From contig JAVHQC010000034.1 of NCBI GenBank assembly GCA_036170915.1, forward strand, positions 49,492 to 113,491: DNA of 64,000 nt. Direction: 5' to 3'. This stretch comes from Cyanobacteria bacterium auto_48_18. GTDB taxonomy: Bacteria; Cyanobacteriota; Vampirovibrionia; Obscuribacterales; Obscuribacteraceae. Each line of letters starts with the position of its first letter. Position 1 is the first letter of the stretch. A model generated the notes under the pieces. The model saw only the letters and a program-made list of their open reading frames with translations. It had not been told where the DNA came from and did not search any database. Shown in pieces: positions 8,657 to 19,126 of the stretch. The position numbers and the translations under genes are program-made.

Positions 8657-10651
8657 ATGGCAATAGTCGGCAACGCTAATCCTTACATGGAAAAATTGGC
8701 TGCCATCGGCAATAAGATTGGACTGAACGATGAGCAGTTCACTGCCGCTTCGGTGACCGCCGAGCACGAGCTCAAGCACAATCCATCACTCTACAAGTTT
8801 AAGGTGGGTGCGCTGGCCTTTGTCGGTTATGCCTTCATTGGCGTGATTATTTCTCTCGTGGGCCTTGCTTTGTGGGGCAGCTGGTCGCTGGTGATTTCGA
8901 GTCATATGCGGGTTTACAGCTGGAAGCTCTTGCTGGTGTTGGGCTTACTTCTGTGGGCACTGCTAAAGTCACTGTGGATTAAAATGCCACCACCGGAAGG
9001 CATTGAAGTTAAGCGCAGTGACGCCCCCGAATTGTTCAAAATGATTGATGAACTGTCGCAGGCTCTGCACACCAAGGTCGATAAGGTTCTAATTAATGGT
9101 GAGTACAATGCCTCGGTGGTGCAAGTGCCCATGTTAGGTTTTCTCGGCTTGTTTAGAAATTACATGAATCTTGGGTTGCCCTTGATGCTGATACATAGTG
9201 CTGATGAATTTAAGGCCGTGGTCGCGCATGAACTGGGGCACTTGTCAGGAAATCACAGCAAATCGAGCGCCTGGATCTACAATCTGCGCAAACGCTGGAG
9301 TAATCTTCTAATCAATTCGCAAGACAACCCGTTCTTTACGGTGTTTTATCTTTTTCTCAGTTGGTTTTCTCCGCGCTTTGATGCTTACTCTCTTGCTATG
9401 GCACGCGCGCACGAATTAGAAGCTGACGCTGACGCCGTTAAAATTACAGGGCCCCACGCTTTTAGTATGGGCATGATGCGGCTTGAAAGTGCCGGCGGTC
9501 TAATCGAAAGAAAATTTTGGAAGAAAATGAATGATTTGATCAATCATGAATCTAATCCACCAGAAAATAGTTATGAACGATATCGCAACGAAGTAAACTC
9601 ATCGTTGCCTGAGAAAGAAGTATTGCAAAAAGCGCTTATGCAGGCGTTTAAGCAAGAGGCGCGGGCCGAGTCTACCCATCCTTCTTTAAAGCAGCGGTTG
9701 TTGCACGGCCATTTTGATGCTGTGGTATCACTGGACGAAAAGAGCTGCCCTGATGATAAGCTAATTGAAAAGTTGCTCAAACCTGTTGACACTACAGAGA
9801 GTGCCGGCGCAGTTTATCTTGGTCAGTGGTTTGATCAGGCACTCAAGCTTCAGAGTGCCGTTTGGGCACACCAGGCTGCCGACATCTGGCACCTCGAGCA
9901 CAACTATCGCAAGAGTGCCAATGACCGCTTGACTGAACTTGATCAACTGATGGAAAAGCAAAGTTTGACGGCCGGTGAACTCAAGGAGAAAGCTCATCTT
10001 TTGCTTGTTTTAGATCAGGAAAGTTCTACTCTGCCGATTTATGAGCAATTATTTGAGATGGATCCGGACGATATTATCTCTCAATACAACATGGGCATAG
10101 TGCTGCTCAATAGCGACAACGACCGAGGCATTGATGTAATTAAATCTGCAATGTCTAAGCGTTTACACCTGGCAGGTGACGGCTGCCCCTTTGCTATTTC
10201 TTATTTGAAGAAACAAAATCGCGACGCTGAAGCAAAGCATTTCGAAGACCTCTATAAAGACTACGAAGAAGAAGCTCACAAGGCACGCAAAGAAAGAATC
10301 GATGTAGATGGCAAATCTCAACTGGAAGTGAACCAATTAACAGAAGAAGAGCGAGAACATTTGCAAGAAGTATTCAGGCAGTTCGACAAGATTTCTTACG
10401 TCTATATTGTTCGCAAGAAGGTTGAGTATTTTCAGTATTTGCCGTTTATGGCCGTTGGTATTGAAATGAATACTTCTGTTTTTAGTGGCCACGAGGCGGA
10501 AGACAAGTTAGAGCTGGCCACGTGGATGAAGCACAACCTGGGTCTGCCACACGAATTTTGTGTGATCACTTTTGAACTGGGTTCTAAGGCTTTGAAAGAT
10601 AATATGAAAGCAGTGCCTGGCTCGCTGGTTTATAGCACTTATAAAAAGTGA
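8657..10651 (+). CDS. M48 (HtpX/Ste24) family zinc metalloprotease with TPR-like C-terminus
   Basis: Two N-terminal TM helices; HELGH, ELEAD and THP motifs. Confidence 0.88.
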   Translation: MAIVGNANPYMEKLAAIGNKIGLNDEQFTAASVTAEHELKHNPSLYKFKVGALAFVGYAFIGVIISLVGLALWGSWSLVISSHMRVYSWKLLLVLGLLLWALLKSLWIKMPPPEGIEVKRSDAPELFKMIDELSQALHTKVDKVLINGEYNASVVQVPMLGFLGLFRNYMNLGLPLMLIHSADEFKAVVAHELGHLSGNHSKSSAWIYNLRKRWSNLLINSQDNPFFTVFYLFLSWFSPRFDAYSLAMARAHELEADADAVKITGPHAFSMGMMRLESAGGLIERKFWKKMNDLINHESNPPENSYERYRNEVNSSLPEKEVLQKALMQAFKQEARAESTHPSLKQRLLHGHFDAVVSLDEKSCPDDKLIEKLLKPVDTTESAGAVYLGQWFDQALKLQSAVWAHQAADIWHLEHNYRKSANDRLTELDQLMEKQSLTAGELKEKAHLLLVLDQESSTLPIYEQLFEMDPDDIISQYNMGIVLLNSDNDRGIDVIKSAMSKRLHLAGDGCPFAISYLKKQNRDAEAKHFEDLYKDYEEEAHKARKERIDVDGKSQLEVNQLTEEEREHLQEVFRQFDKISYVYIVRKKVEYFQYLPFMAVGIEMNTSVFSGHEAEDKLELATWMKHNLGLPHEFCVITFELGSKALKDNMKAVPGSLVYSTYKK

Positions 10652-10696
10652 CTATTGCTTTAGGACTTGTGAGGGTCTGTTTTCAAAGCCTAAGAA

Positions 10697-10746
10697 ATTT
10701 TACAACTCATAAGTTGTATCATTTTACAACCTGGAGGTTGTAAAAA
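10697..10746. repeat. Tandem TACAAC-N6-GTTGTA palindromes (24-bp period)
   Basis: TACAACtcataaGTTGTA (10701-10718) and TACAACctggagGTTGTA (10725-10742). Confidence 0.7.
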
Positions 10747-10813
10747 AACGTAAGGCAGCATTTTTGTGTTCCACCCACAGGGCTAAAATCGAACCAATCC
10801 CAGCCACTGAAAA

Positions 10814-11896
10814 TCAAAAACCAATTTTATTCAAAAGCTTCTGAGCTGATGGATGTGACTTGATACGGTCAGTAATTCCCTTCATGTCTCTGGCCATATT
10901 TTCATTGTTCATGCCATATAAAGAATAGGCGATTAACTCGTGCACTTCGTTCAAATAGTCTTGGCCCACCGTGCCTAAGACCTGCCGCACATTTGAGATG
11001 CGCTTTACACGCCAGGTGTCGGCGTAGGGTTCGTCGCTTGAAGAATTTTCTTTCGCTTTGAAAAATTCAATTTTGAGTATGACTTCGTCACTAATAATAG
11101 GGCTATAAAAACGCAGACCAACATGTGCAAATTGGTCAGGCGAGTATGGGCTTTTACTGACGTTTAAATCAGGGCCGCCGTCCAGTGGCAGAGCTGATTC
11201 AACTGCAGGTGTCTCCGGCGGCGGTTCGTCTAATTCACCTCCGATAGTGACTGCAGTCATTCCCTTAAAATTACTCTGACTGAAACCATGATCAGCTAAA
11301 ATACGCCGCAGTGTTGCACCACGATCGTTGGGGTGGCAGTTTGCCAGGCGGCCTGGAATTGTGGCCGGATGATTGTGCATGTAATTTTCCATACGCTCAA
11401 AAGCTGTATTCTTGAGCTTGCCCACTTCGCCGCCAAGTTCTTTTCCCACTGTGCGCAAAAAATCAGTAGATTCGCCGGCAGCGTAAGCAGGTGTCTCCCA
11501 GAAGTTTACTCGCAACTTTGCAGGTAAAATTGATGTTGACTGATCATAGTGAGAGTCACCATATGTGACGGGTGCGTTCAGCGCTTTACTGATGGCTTCA
11601 AGCATTTGTGTGCGCAGTTTCGCTTTGGCCATGGCCAGGGCACCACTTGCCACTTGAAGCTGAAAAGCAGTTAGCTTTGGTGTGGTTAAAGCCGGATAGA
11701 CGAGCACATCGTCAAGCAAGTTATCCACAAGTTCAGCGGTCATCACGCGCCTTTCAAAACCTAACGAATCGTGATTTTGAGCCGCCATCATTGCTTCTTG
11801 CAGTGCGTAAAGAGGCGTAGTTGTCCAGTACCAGTAGCCGGCGCCGGCTGCTGAGAGTAAGACGATAAGCGAGAGCACTATTGCCTTGATCTTCAG
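10814..11896 (-). CDS. Membrane-anchored hypothetical protein (DUF2939-like N-terminus)
   Basis: TM followed by TPLYAL...AAQNHD...FERRV; the track start is 11878 (GTG); the CTG at 11896 has a GAGGA SD. Confidence 0.65.
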   Translation of the reverse strand: MKIKAIVLSLIVLLSAAGAGYWYWTTTPLYALQEAMMAAQNHDSLGFERRVMTAELVDNLLDDVLVYPALTTPKLTAFQLQVASGALAMAKAKLRTQMLEAISKALNAPVTYGDSHYDQSTSILPAKLRVNFWETPAYAAGESTDFLRTVGKELGGEVGKLKNTAFERMENYMHNHPATIPGRLANCHPNDRGATLRRILADHGFSQSNFKGMTAVTIGGELDEPPPETPAVESALPLDGGPDLNVSKSPYSPDQFAHVGLRFYSPIISDEVILKIEFFKAKENSSSDEPYADTWRVKRISNVRQVLGTVGQDYLNEVHELIAYSLYGMNNENMARDMKGITDRIKSHPSAQKLLNKIGF

Positions 11897-11923
11897 AAAA
11901 CATCCTCAGACTGGCGAAAAATA

Positions 11924-11996
11924 TACGCCCGGTTGGATTCGAACCAACGACCTCCCGCTTAGAAGGCGGGAGCTCTATCCACTGAGCTACGGGCGC
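11924..11996 (-). tRNA. tRNA-Arg (anticodon UCU)
   Basis: GCGCCCGTAGCTCAGTGGATAGAGC..., anticodon arm CCCGC-CT-TCT-AA-GCGGG, GTTCGAATC T-loop; CCA not encoded; TATAAT upstream. Confidence 0.97.
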
Positions 11997-12300
11997 TTAG
12001 CAGTCCGTTATTATAACCTACAGGGTTTTACTCGAGGTCGATATTGATGTAAAGCAGTGGCTGGATGCTGCTCAAGATGGTCGACTAGCCCAACAGTCTT
12101 TGTTTACGAAGCGTAACTTGTCACATTCCGGCTACAGCTGTGCTCTTCTTTGACAACTGGCTTCACTGTTAGGTTTCTGTCTACTGATGCCCGGGTAGGT
12201 AGTGTTAAGGTCAATCTTCTCGAATTTGTTTTTGGAACATAATTATGGTGACGGCATCATATAAGTGCCTGCTTACTGTAGCCATTGAGGTTCGAAACAG

Positions 12301-15300
12301 ATGAGTAGGCTTATGGAACGTGCAGAAATTGCACTGGAACCCAACGCACTATTGCTAATGCAGCGCTGTTCCACCGTGGCAGCCGTCGTGGCCACTCTTA
12401 TCGGATTCGTTGTACTGGTGGCATGGGTCGGCTCCATTTCGAGCCTTTTGTTTCAAACTGCTGGGTATGCCACTATGAAGGCCAATACAGCTTTTTGTAT
12501 TGTGCTCTGCGGTTGCGCCTCGTTGGCTGCACCGAAAGTGAAACCGCTAAGTCAATTTCTGTTTTTGCTTGCTGGCATTCTTGGGCTTCTGTCACTTGTT
12601 GAACATTGCACACAATGGAATCTGGGAATCGACCACCTGTTGGCTTATGACAATAAGTATCAGCTTGCCGGTTCTCGTCCCGGCTTAATGTCACCAAGTA
12701 CGGCATCGTGCTTGATTGCAATCTCTCTGGCTCAAGGTTTGTTCAGTAGCCGAGAAAAAGGTGGGGCAGTAAGTACAGGCTTAGTGCTGGCGACATTTAT
12801 AGCTGGTCTTTTCAGTTTGATTATGCACCTTTACAATGTTCCGAATGTTTTTTCCGTTCAACCATTTACTCAGGTGGCAGTTCCCACAGCAATTGCATTA
12901 ATGCTCTTAAGCGTAAGCGCTTTGTGTGCGCATCCGCGTAGAGCACCAGTTGCTATTTTGATCAGCAATACTGCCGGCGGCCTTGCCAGTCGTCGACTGA
13001 TACCAGTTTGCATTGTTCTACCAGTACTGTTGGGCTGGTTGCGAGCGAAGGGTGAAGAGCAGGGCTACTACCCTTTCGAATTTGGTACGTCGCTTTTGAT
13101 TCTTTCAATGATTGTGCTTTTAAGCGGACTGATCTGGTGGGTCGCTGATACTCTAACAAGAGAAGATGCGGCTGAAAAACTTTCGACTGCGCTGAAAGCC
13201 AGTGAAGCCAAGTATCTAAGTGTTATGGAAACAGCTACTGATGCCATTTTTTCCACAGACAGAAGCGGCGCGATTGTTTTTGCCAACAGCGCTACTGCCA
13301 GTATGTTTGGCTATTCTGTTGATGAACTAGCCGGGTGCTCATTGCCGATGTTAATCACCGACGAGCCAAAACATCCACTCAACTCATCGCTTCCCGCACA
13401 GTCAGTAAAAGCTTTTGGTAAGCGAAAGAACGGTACTCTTTTCCCCGTTGAGCTCTCCATCGGCCCCTCTCGAGATGGTGGTGCTGAGGCTAATCATGGC
13501 ACGATTACTTACATTGCCCGTGATACCACTCAGCGAAAACAAGCGGAGATTGCACTGCAGGAACATCAAGAACTTACGCAGGCTATTTTAGAAAGTGCCA
13601 ATGATGCATTTATTGCCATAGATGAGACAGGCTTGATTGTTGATTGGAATGATAAGGCCACTGAGACATTCGGCTGGACAAGAGAAGAAGCACTCGGCCG
13701 TAAACTTGAAGAAACGGTGCTGCCGGTGCAACACCATGAAGCCCATTCGCTCAGAATGCAGGAACTAATTAGCAATGGCGTCAATGCCACCGGCAATCAG
13801 CGTATTGAATCGAGTTCGATGCACAAAAATGGTCATGAATTTCCTGTGGAAGTATCAATCTTCCCAGTTAGAACTAGTATTGGTACCACAGTCTGCGCTT
13901 TTATTCATGATATTACAGAGCGCAGAAAATCAGAATTGTCGGTGCAAGCTGCTCGAGATGAAGCCCTCAGAGCCTCACGTTTCAAGACAAATTTTGTTGC
14001 GACTATGAGTCACGAAATTCGCACTCCCATGAATGGCATTCTTGGGCTTACCGAAATACTTCTGCTCACTAATCTCAACGACAAGCAACGTGATTATGCC
14101 ACCACTATTCAGATTGCGGGAAACTCACTGTTAACCGTGATCAACGACGTTCTTGATTTTTCCAAAATGGAAGCTGGTAAGTTGTTTCTAGAGGTGTCCG
14201 ACTTTGAGCCAATCAAGTTAGTAGAAAGTGTCGCAGAACTCCTCACTGCTTCAGCGAGCGAAAAGCAGCTTTCGCTGCTGACCTTTATAGATCCTAATCT
14301 ACCACTGTCGATGAAAGGAGATCGAGGCAGGCTGAGGCAAATACTGATGAATTTGGTTGGAAACGCGATCAAGTTTTCGGAGCATGGAGAAATTTTAATT
14401 CGGGCGTCGCTTGAGAAGACTGCTAACAGCAATCAGTTGATGTTTGCGGTCACCGACACTGGAGTCGGACTATCAGAAGAAGAAATGAGCTCATTGTTTA
14501 CTCCGTTTGTACAACTTGAAGGTAGTAAGGCTCAGGCCGGTACGGGATTGGGCCTTAGCATTTCAAAGCGTCTGACTGAGTTGATGAAAGGTGAGATTGG
14601 CGTCTTTAGTGAAAAGGGTAGTGGAGCGACTTTCTGGTTCTCTGTCCCATTTGAACAAGCGTCAGCAGCTAACATTCGAGAGCGTGTGCGCAGTGATGTT
14701 GCCGACGCGCGAATTTTAGTTGTTGATGACGAACAACTTGCGCGTGATGTTTTATACGACTACCTTGTCTCTTGGGAGATGCGCCCTACGGTTGCTAATG
14801 GTGGTAAGAGCGCCTTGAGAATGTTGCGTTCTGCTAACGACGCCGACCCTTACAGTGTGGTTATCGTAGACCAGATGATGCCCGACCTGGACGGTATTGA
14901 GCTTGGTCAGATAATTCGACAAGATGTGCTTTTAAAGAAAGTAAAACTAGTGCTTCTGACCTCTTTCGATCAGCCTGGTATGAGTGAAGAAGCGCTCAAA
15001 ATTGGATTTGACGCCTATCTTACTAAGCCGATAAAACAAGCGCAGTTGCTAGATGCCATAGCGACCGTATTGAGTAATGAGCACGAAGCGAATCTCACCG
15101 CCATGGTCGCCGAGCAGCTCAAGCAAAATTTGACAACCATTCCACCCATAATGCGTGATGAGTTGATACTGGTGGTTGACGATCACAAAATCAATCAGCA
15201 GGTGGCCTTGTTGCTCTTAGGAGCTCTCGGATATGAGGTGCACATTGCCAGTAGCGGACGGCAGGCATTAGAATTTATCCAGCGAGTGCCGTACACCATG

Positions 15301-15885
15301 GTCTTAATGGATTGTCAGATGCCGGATCTTGACGGTTTTGACACTACGCGGGCGCTGCGAAAGATAGAAGCAGCTACTGGTGCACATATGCCAGTCATTG
15401 CTATGACTGCCCATGCCATCGAGGGCAGCCGTGAGCAGTGTCTGGCAGCGGGAATGGATGATTTCTTGAGCAAACCAATTGATTCTGCTCGTCTGCAAAC
15501 AATAATAGAAAAGTGGCTGCCCTTGAATTCGGTTCAAGACAAGCTAAAAGGCAATCATTCTGGGCTGCCAGATGTTCGAGAGACATTGCAATCTAAATTT
15601 GGTGCTCACGCTCTCGAACTTTTTGATATGTGTTTACGAGACATACCTGTCTTATTGGAAAATTTGAGAATAGCGGTGAGCGCAAAAGGTATCACTGAAG
15701 TGAAAAGCTTCGCTCACGATTTGAAAGGCATTTCTGGCACAGTTTGCGCTTATGAAATGCACAAGTCTTGTAGCGATATTGAGTTAGCGTCGGGAGATGC
15801 CGACTGGCAAAAAGTAAACTTGCTGGTAGATCGACTTGAAAATCAGTTTGCTACCCTAAAACAATCGCCACCAGTATTAAAGTAA
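12301..15885 (+). CDS. Hybrid sensor histidine kinase (multi-TM, 2x PAS, HisKA, HATPase, 2x REC, Hpt)
   Basis: SHEIRTPMNG, NLVGNAIKF, DTGVG, GTGLGL, VDQMMP, MDCQMP, AHDLKG. Confidence 0.95.
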   Translation: MSRLMERAEIALEPNALLLMQRCSTVAAVVATLIGFVVLVAWVGSISSLLFQTAGYATMKANTAFCIVLCGCASLAAPKVKPLSQFLFLLAGILGLLSLVEHCTQWNLGIDHLLAYDNKYQLAGSRPGLMSPSTASCLIAISLAQGLFSSREKGGAVSTGLVLATFIAGLFSLIMHLYNVPNVFSVQPFTQVAVPTAIALMLLSVSALCAHPRRAPVAILISNTAGGLASRRLIPVCIVLPVLLGWLRAKGEEQGYYPFEFGTSLLILSMIVLLSGLIWWVADTLTREDAAEKLSTALKASEAKYLSVMETATDAIFSTDRSGAIVFANSATASMFGYSVDELAGCSLPMLITDEPKHPLNSSLPAQSVKAFGKRKNGTLFPVELSIGPSRDGGAEANHGTITYIARDTTQRKQAEIALQEHQELTQAILESANDAFIAIDETGLIVDWNDKATETFGWTREEALGRKLEETVLPVQHHEAHSLRMQELISNGVNATGNQRIESSSMHKNGHEFPVEVSIFPVRTSIGTTVCAFIHDITERRKSELSVQAARDEALRASRFKTNFVATMSHEIRTPMNGILGLTEILLLTNLNDKQRDYATTIQIAGNSLLTVINDVLDFSKMEAGKLFLEVSDFEPIKLVESVAELLTASASEKQLSLLTFIDPNLPLSMKGDRGRLRQILMNLVGNAIKFSEHGEILIRASLEKTANSNQLMFAVTDTGVGLSEEEMSSLFTPFVQLEGSKAQAGTGLGLSISKRLTELMKGEIGVFSEKGSGATFWFSVPFEQASAANIRERVRSDVADARILVVDDEQLARDVLYDYLVSWEMRPTVANGGKSALRMLRSANDADPYSVVIVDQMMPDLDGIELGQIIRQDVLLKKVKLVLLTSFDQPGMSEEALKIGFDAYLTKPIKQAQLLDAIATVLSNEHEANLTAMVAEQLKQNLTTIPPIMRDELILVVDDHKINQQVALLLLGALGYEVHIASSGRQALEFIQRVPYTMVLMDCQMPDLDGFDTTRALRKIEAATGAHMPVIAMTAHAIEGSREQCLAAGMDDFLSKPIDSARLQTIIEKWLPLNSVQDKLKGNHSGLPDVRETLQSKFGAHALELFDMCLRDIPVLLENLRIAVSAKGITEVKSFAHDLKGISGTVCAYEMHKSCSDIELASGDADWQKVNLLVDRLENQFATLKQSPPVLK

Positions 15886-15937
15886 TTGCGAGCCGATGAA
15901 ATCGCGGCTTAAATTACACAGCAAAGTACGTATCAAA

Positions 15938-18900
15938 TTACACCTTGGGTGCCGGCTCATGTTTCTCGTTTATTAGTTTATAAACTGAGGGTAGCACTAA
16001 CAGAGTTAAGAGAGTGCTTGAGATTAGTCCGCCCAGAATGACAGTGGCTAGCGGCCTCTGTACTTCCGCGCCTGTGCCTGAAGAAAATACCTTCGGAAGC
16101 AGTCCTACCGTGGCAACTAAAGCCGTCATTAGCACCGGCCGCAAGCGAATCAGCGCGCCTTTGACCACGGCTTCGGCAATCGGCCACCCGGCTTTTTCCA
16201 TCTGCATAATATAGCTAACAAGAATTACGCCGTTTTGCACGGCCACGCCAAACAGAGCGATAAAGCCGATTAGAGCTGGTACAGACAAAGTTTGGTGCGA
16301 AATTAAGAGTCCGAGAATGCCGCCGATCATAGCAAAGGGCACATTCATCATAATAAGGCCAGCGTTGCGGAGCGAACCAAACGAGGCAAACAAAAGTATA
16401 AATATCAATAAGAGCACGATCGGTACAACGATGGCCAGGCGAGCCATTGCTCTTTGCTGGTTTTCAAACTGTCCGGCCCAAACCACTTTGTAGCCTTTGG
16501 GAATAACCACATTTTGCTCTACTTTCTTTTGTGCTTCAGCCACAAAACTGCCCAGGTCGCGACCGCGCACATTTGACAAAACCGCTGTGCGACGAATGCC
16601 ATCTTCGCGATTCAATGTCACACAGCCGCGCTCAAGAGTAATATCGGCAAGCGTTTTAAGCGGCACTTTGCCACCATCAGGAGTATCAATGATCATCGAC
16701 TCAATTTGTTGTCTGCTGTCTCTATAATCGAGTGGAAAACGGACAAGCACGCCAAATCTCTGAGTGCCTTCTATCACTTCAGTCACCTGCCGACCGGCAA
16801 GAGCGGTTTGCACTGTATCTAATACGTCGTCTGTATTAAGGCCGTAGCGAGCCAATGTGCGGCGCTTCAATCGAATCTTGAGCTGGGGCAAACCGAGCAA
16901 TTGCTCTCGCTGCAAATCCGCTACTCCAGGAACTTGAGATATCTGGCCCTTTATATCGTTGGCTAGGTTGTTTAAGGTAATTGGGTCATCACCGAAAATT
17001 TTGACGCCCAGATCAGCTCGTATACCTGCCACCAGATCGTCAATCATGTCGGCAATTGGTTGAGAAAAACTGAACGTCAAACCTGGTATGCCCTTTAATT
17101 TCGCGGCCATCAGATCTACTAATCGGTCTTTGCTCTGGGTGGTTTTCCACTGCGATCGCGGCTTCAAAGAAATAAACACGTCGCTCGACTCGACTCCGTC
17201 TAATCCTGGTCCTGTGCCGGATCTGCCTGTGCGAGAAACTACATTTACAACCTCGGGAAATTGCATAATTGTCTCTTCAATAGCGGTGGCAATTCCCCTC
17301 GAGTTACTGTGTGCAATACTTGCTGCCAGTTTTGTGCGCAAAAGAATGGGCCCTTCATCTAGAGAAGGAATAAATTCAGAGCCCAAAAAAGGCACCACAG
17401 CCAGTGTGCACAATAGAGCAGCAACTGCGGTAACAATAATCGTGCGTGGGCGTGCTACTGCTGTCTTTAAGGCGGGTAGGTACACTCTGCTAACAAAGCT
17501 CAGAACTTTGTTCTCGCGTTCTACCAGAGGCTTGCGCATGGTCCAATAGCAAAGCACCGGAATGACAGTCAGCGCGCAAAGAAGCGAGCCTGCCAGCGCA
17601 TAAATAAAGGTCAGCGCCAGCGGATGGAACATCTTCCCTTCCACACCTTCTAAAGTGAACAGCGGAAGGTAAACAGCAATAATAATGGCAATAGCAAAGA
17701 CAATTGGCCGACCAACTTCGATAGCGGCATGGGCAATAACCTTTAAAGTACTGCGATCATCAAGTTCATTTTCTTTGCGCTCGGCCAGATGCCTGAAAAT
17801 GTTCTCAACCATGACCACGCCGGCGTCAACAATGATGCCAAAGTCAACTGCACCTAAAGTCATGAGATTGGCTGTCAGACCAGTATATTTCATCAAAATG
17901 AAACTAAATAATAGTGACAGCGGAATAATTACTGAGACTATTAATGCGCTGGGAATGTGCAGCAGCATAGCTGTCAAAATAATGATAACCAGTGCACCAC
18001 TGAAGCCCAATATTTCTTTGACAGTTTCGATGGTTTTTTCTACTAAGTCGGTTTGGTCATAGAATGGAACTATCTTTACGCCGCGCGGTAAGTCCGCCTG
18101 AATTTCGTGAACTTTTTCTCTGACTCGCTCTACTACTTGTTTGGTATTTACGCCCTTGCGGGTCAATACGATGCCGGTGACACACTCGCCGCGTCCAATA
18201 CGTGAAGCCGATCCACGGCGAAATGCCGGACCAATTTCTACCGTTGCTACGCGTTCAATGGTGACTGGAACACCCTTTACAGATTTGAGTACGATATTGC
18301 GAATATCGTCTATCTGCTCAATGCGACCCATGCCGCGAATAATTACTTCTTCGCCGGCATTTTCGATAAAATTGCCGCCGGCATTAGCATTGTTTGTCTC
18401 TAGTGCACTGGTGACATCGTTTAAGCTCAAGTTGTAACCACGAAGCTTATACGGGTCCACTTGTACCTGATATTGCTTAACGTATCCGCCATAAGTTGAA
18501 ACGTTGGCGACCCCAGGCACTGACTTTAGTCGCCTGGATATGGTCCAGTCTTGCAAGGTGCGCAAGGCGGTGTGGTCTAAAGTATTTGACTCAAGGTAAT
18601 ACATATAGACGTTGCTGAAGCTCGAAACCACTGGCCCTAAAATGGGCCGCGGACAGCCAGCTGGTAGCAATTGCTCTGATTGCAAAAGACGTTGCTGGAT
18701 TAAATTGCGGGCAAAATAAACATCGGTATCATCATCAAAGATGGCTGTTACAACCGAAAGGCCAAAGCTTGAACTTGAGCGAATTTTCTTAACTTTGGGC
18801 AAGCCATTGAGTGTGTTTTCAATGGGAAACGTAACCAGAGATTCAACCTCTTCAGTAGCCATACTTTCAGGCTCAGTAATAATCTGAACTTGAACATTAC

Positions 18901-19027
18901 TGACATCTGGAAAGGAGTCAACGGGCAAGCTGAGCATTGACCATATGCCAAACATGGCCAGACCGATTGCTGTAGCTATTGTTAAAAGCCTTTGATTTAA
19001 GGCAAAAGTTATTAGTTTTTCGATCAA
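15938..19027 (-). CDS. CusA/CzcA family heavy-metal efflux RND permease (copy 2)
   Basis: PVDSFPDVSNVQVQ, LGAVDFGIIVDAGVVMVEN, EGKMFHPLA, RLRPVLMTA. Confidence 0.95.
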   Translation of the reverse strand: MIEKLITFALNQRLLTIATAIGLAMFGIWSMLSLPVDSFPDVSNVQVQIITEPESMATEEVESLVTFPIENTLNGLPKVKKIRSSSSFGLSVVTAIFDDDTDVYFARNLIQQRLLQSEQLLPAGCPRPILGPVVSSFSNVYMYYLESNTLDHTALRTLQDWTISRRLKSVPGVANVSTYGGYVKQYQVQVDPYKLRGYNLSLNDVTSALETNNANAGGNFIENAGEEVIIRGMGRIEQIDDIRNIVLKSVKGVPVTIERVATVEIGPAFRRGSASRIGRGECVTGIVLTRKGVNTKQVVERVREKVHEIQADLPRGVKIVPFYDQTDLVEKTIETVKEILGFSGALVIIILTAMLLHIPSALIVSVIIPLSLLFSFILMKYTGLTANLMTLGAVDFGIIVDAGVVMVENIFRHLAERKENELDDRSTLKVIAHAAIEVGRPIVFAIAIIIAVYLPLFTLEGVEGKMFHPLALTFIYALAGSLLCALTVIPVLCYWTMRKPLVERENKVLSFVSRVYLPALKTAVARPRTIIVTAVAALLCTLAVVPFLGSEFIPSLDEGPILLRTKLAASIAHSNSRGIATAIEETIMQFPEVVNVVSRTGRSGTGPGLDGVESSDVFISLKPRSQWKTTQSKDRLVDLMAAKLKGIPGLTFSFSQPIADMIDDLVAGIRADLGVKIFGDDPITLNNLANDIKGQISQVPGVADLQREQLLGLPQLKIRLKRRTLARYGLNTDDVLDTVQTALAGRQVTEVIEGTQRFGVLVRFPLDYRDSRQQIESMIIDTPDGGKVPLKTLADITLERGCVTLNREDGIRRTAVLSNVRGRDLGSFVAEAQKKVEQNVVIPKGYKVVWAGQFENQQRAMARLAIVVPIVLLLIFILLFASFGSLRNAGLIMMNVPFAMIGGILGLLISHQTLSVPALIGFIALFGVAVQNGVILVSYIMQMEKAGWPIAEAVVKGALIRLRPVLMTALVATVGLLPKVFSSGTGAEVQRPLATVILGGLISSTLLTLLVLPSVYKLINEKHEPAPKV

Positions 19028-19126
19028 ACGAAAGATTCCTGAAAGAGAGACGTGGTGCGGTTTTCAGCACTATTGAAAACTGCTGAAGTTATCTCTATCA
19101 ATAGCATACTTGGAGCAGAAGTTGGG

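Noticed and set aside
10697..10746. Mini CRISPR array
   Set aside because: Only two units with a 24-bp period, no spacer-length unique sequence and no cas genes.
10788..11996. tRNA-Arg as an integration site with an att duplication
   Set aside because: No integrase in the window; the only echo of the tRNA 3' half I noticed is a 9-nt TCGAACCAA near 10789, consistent with chance.
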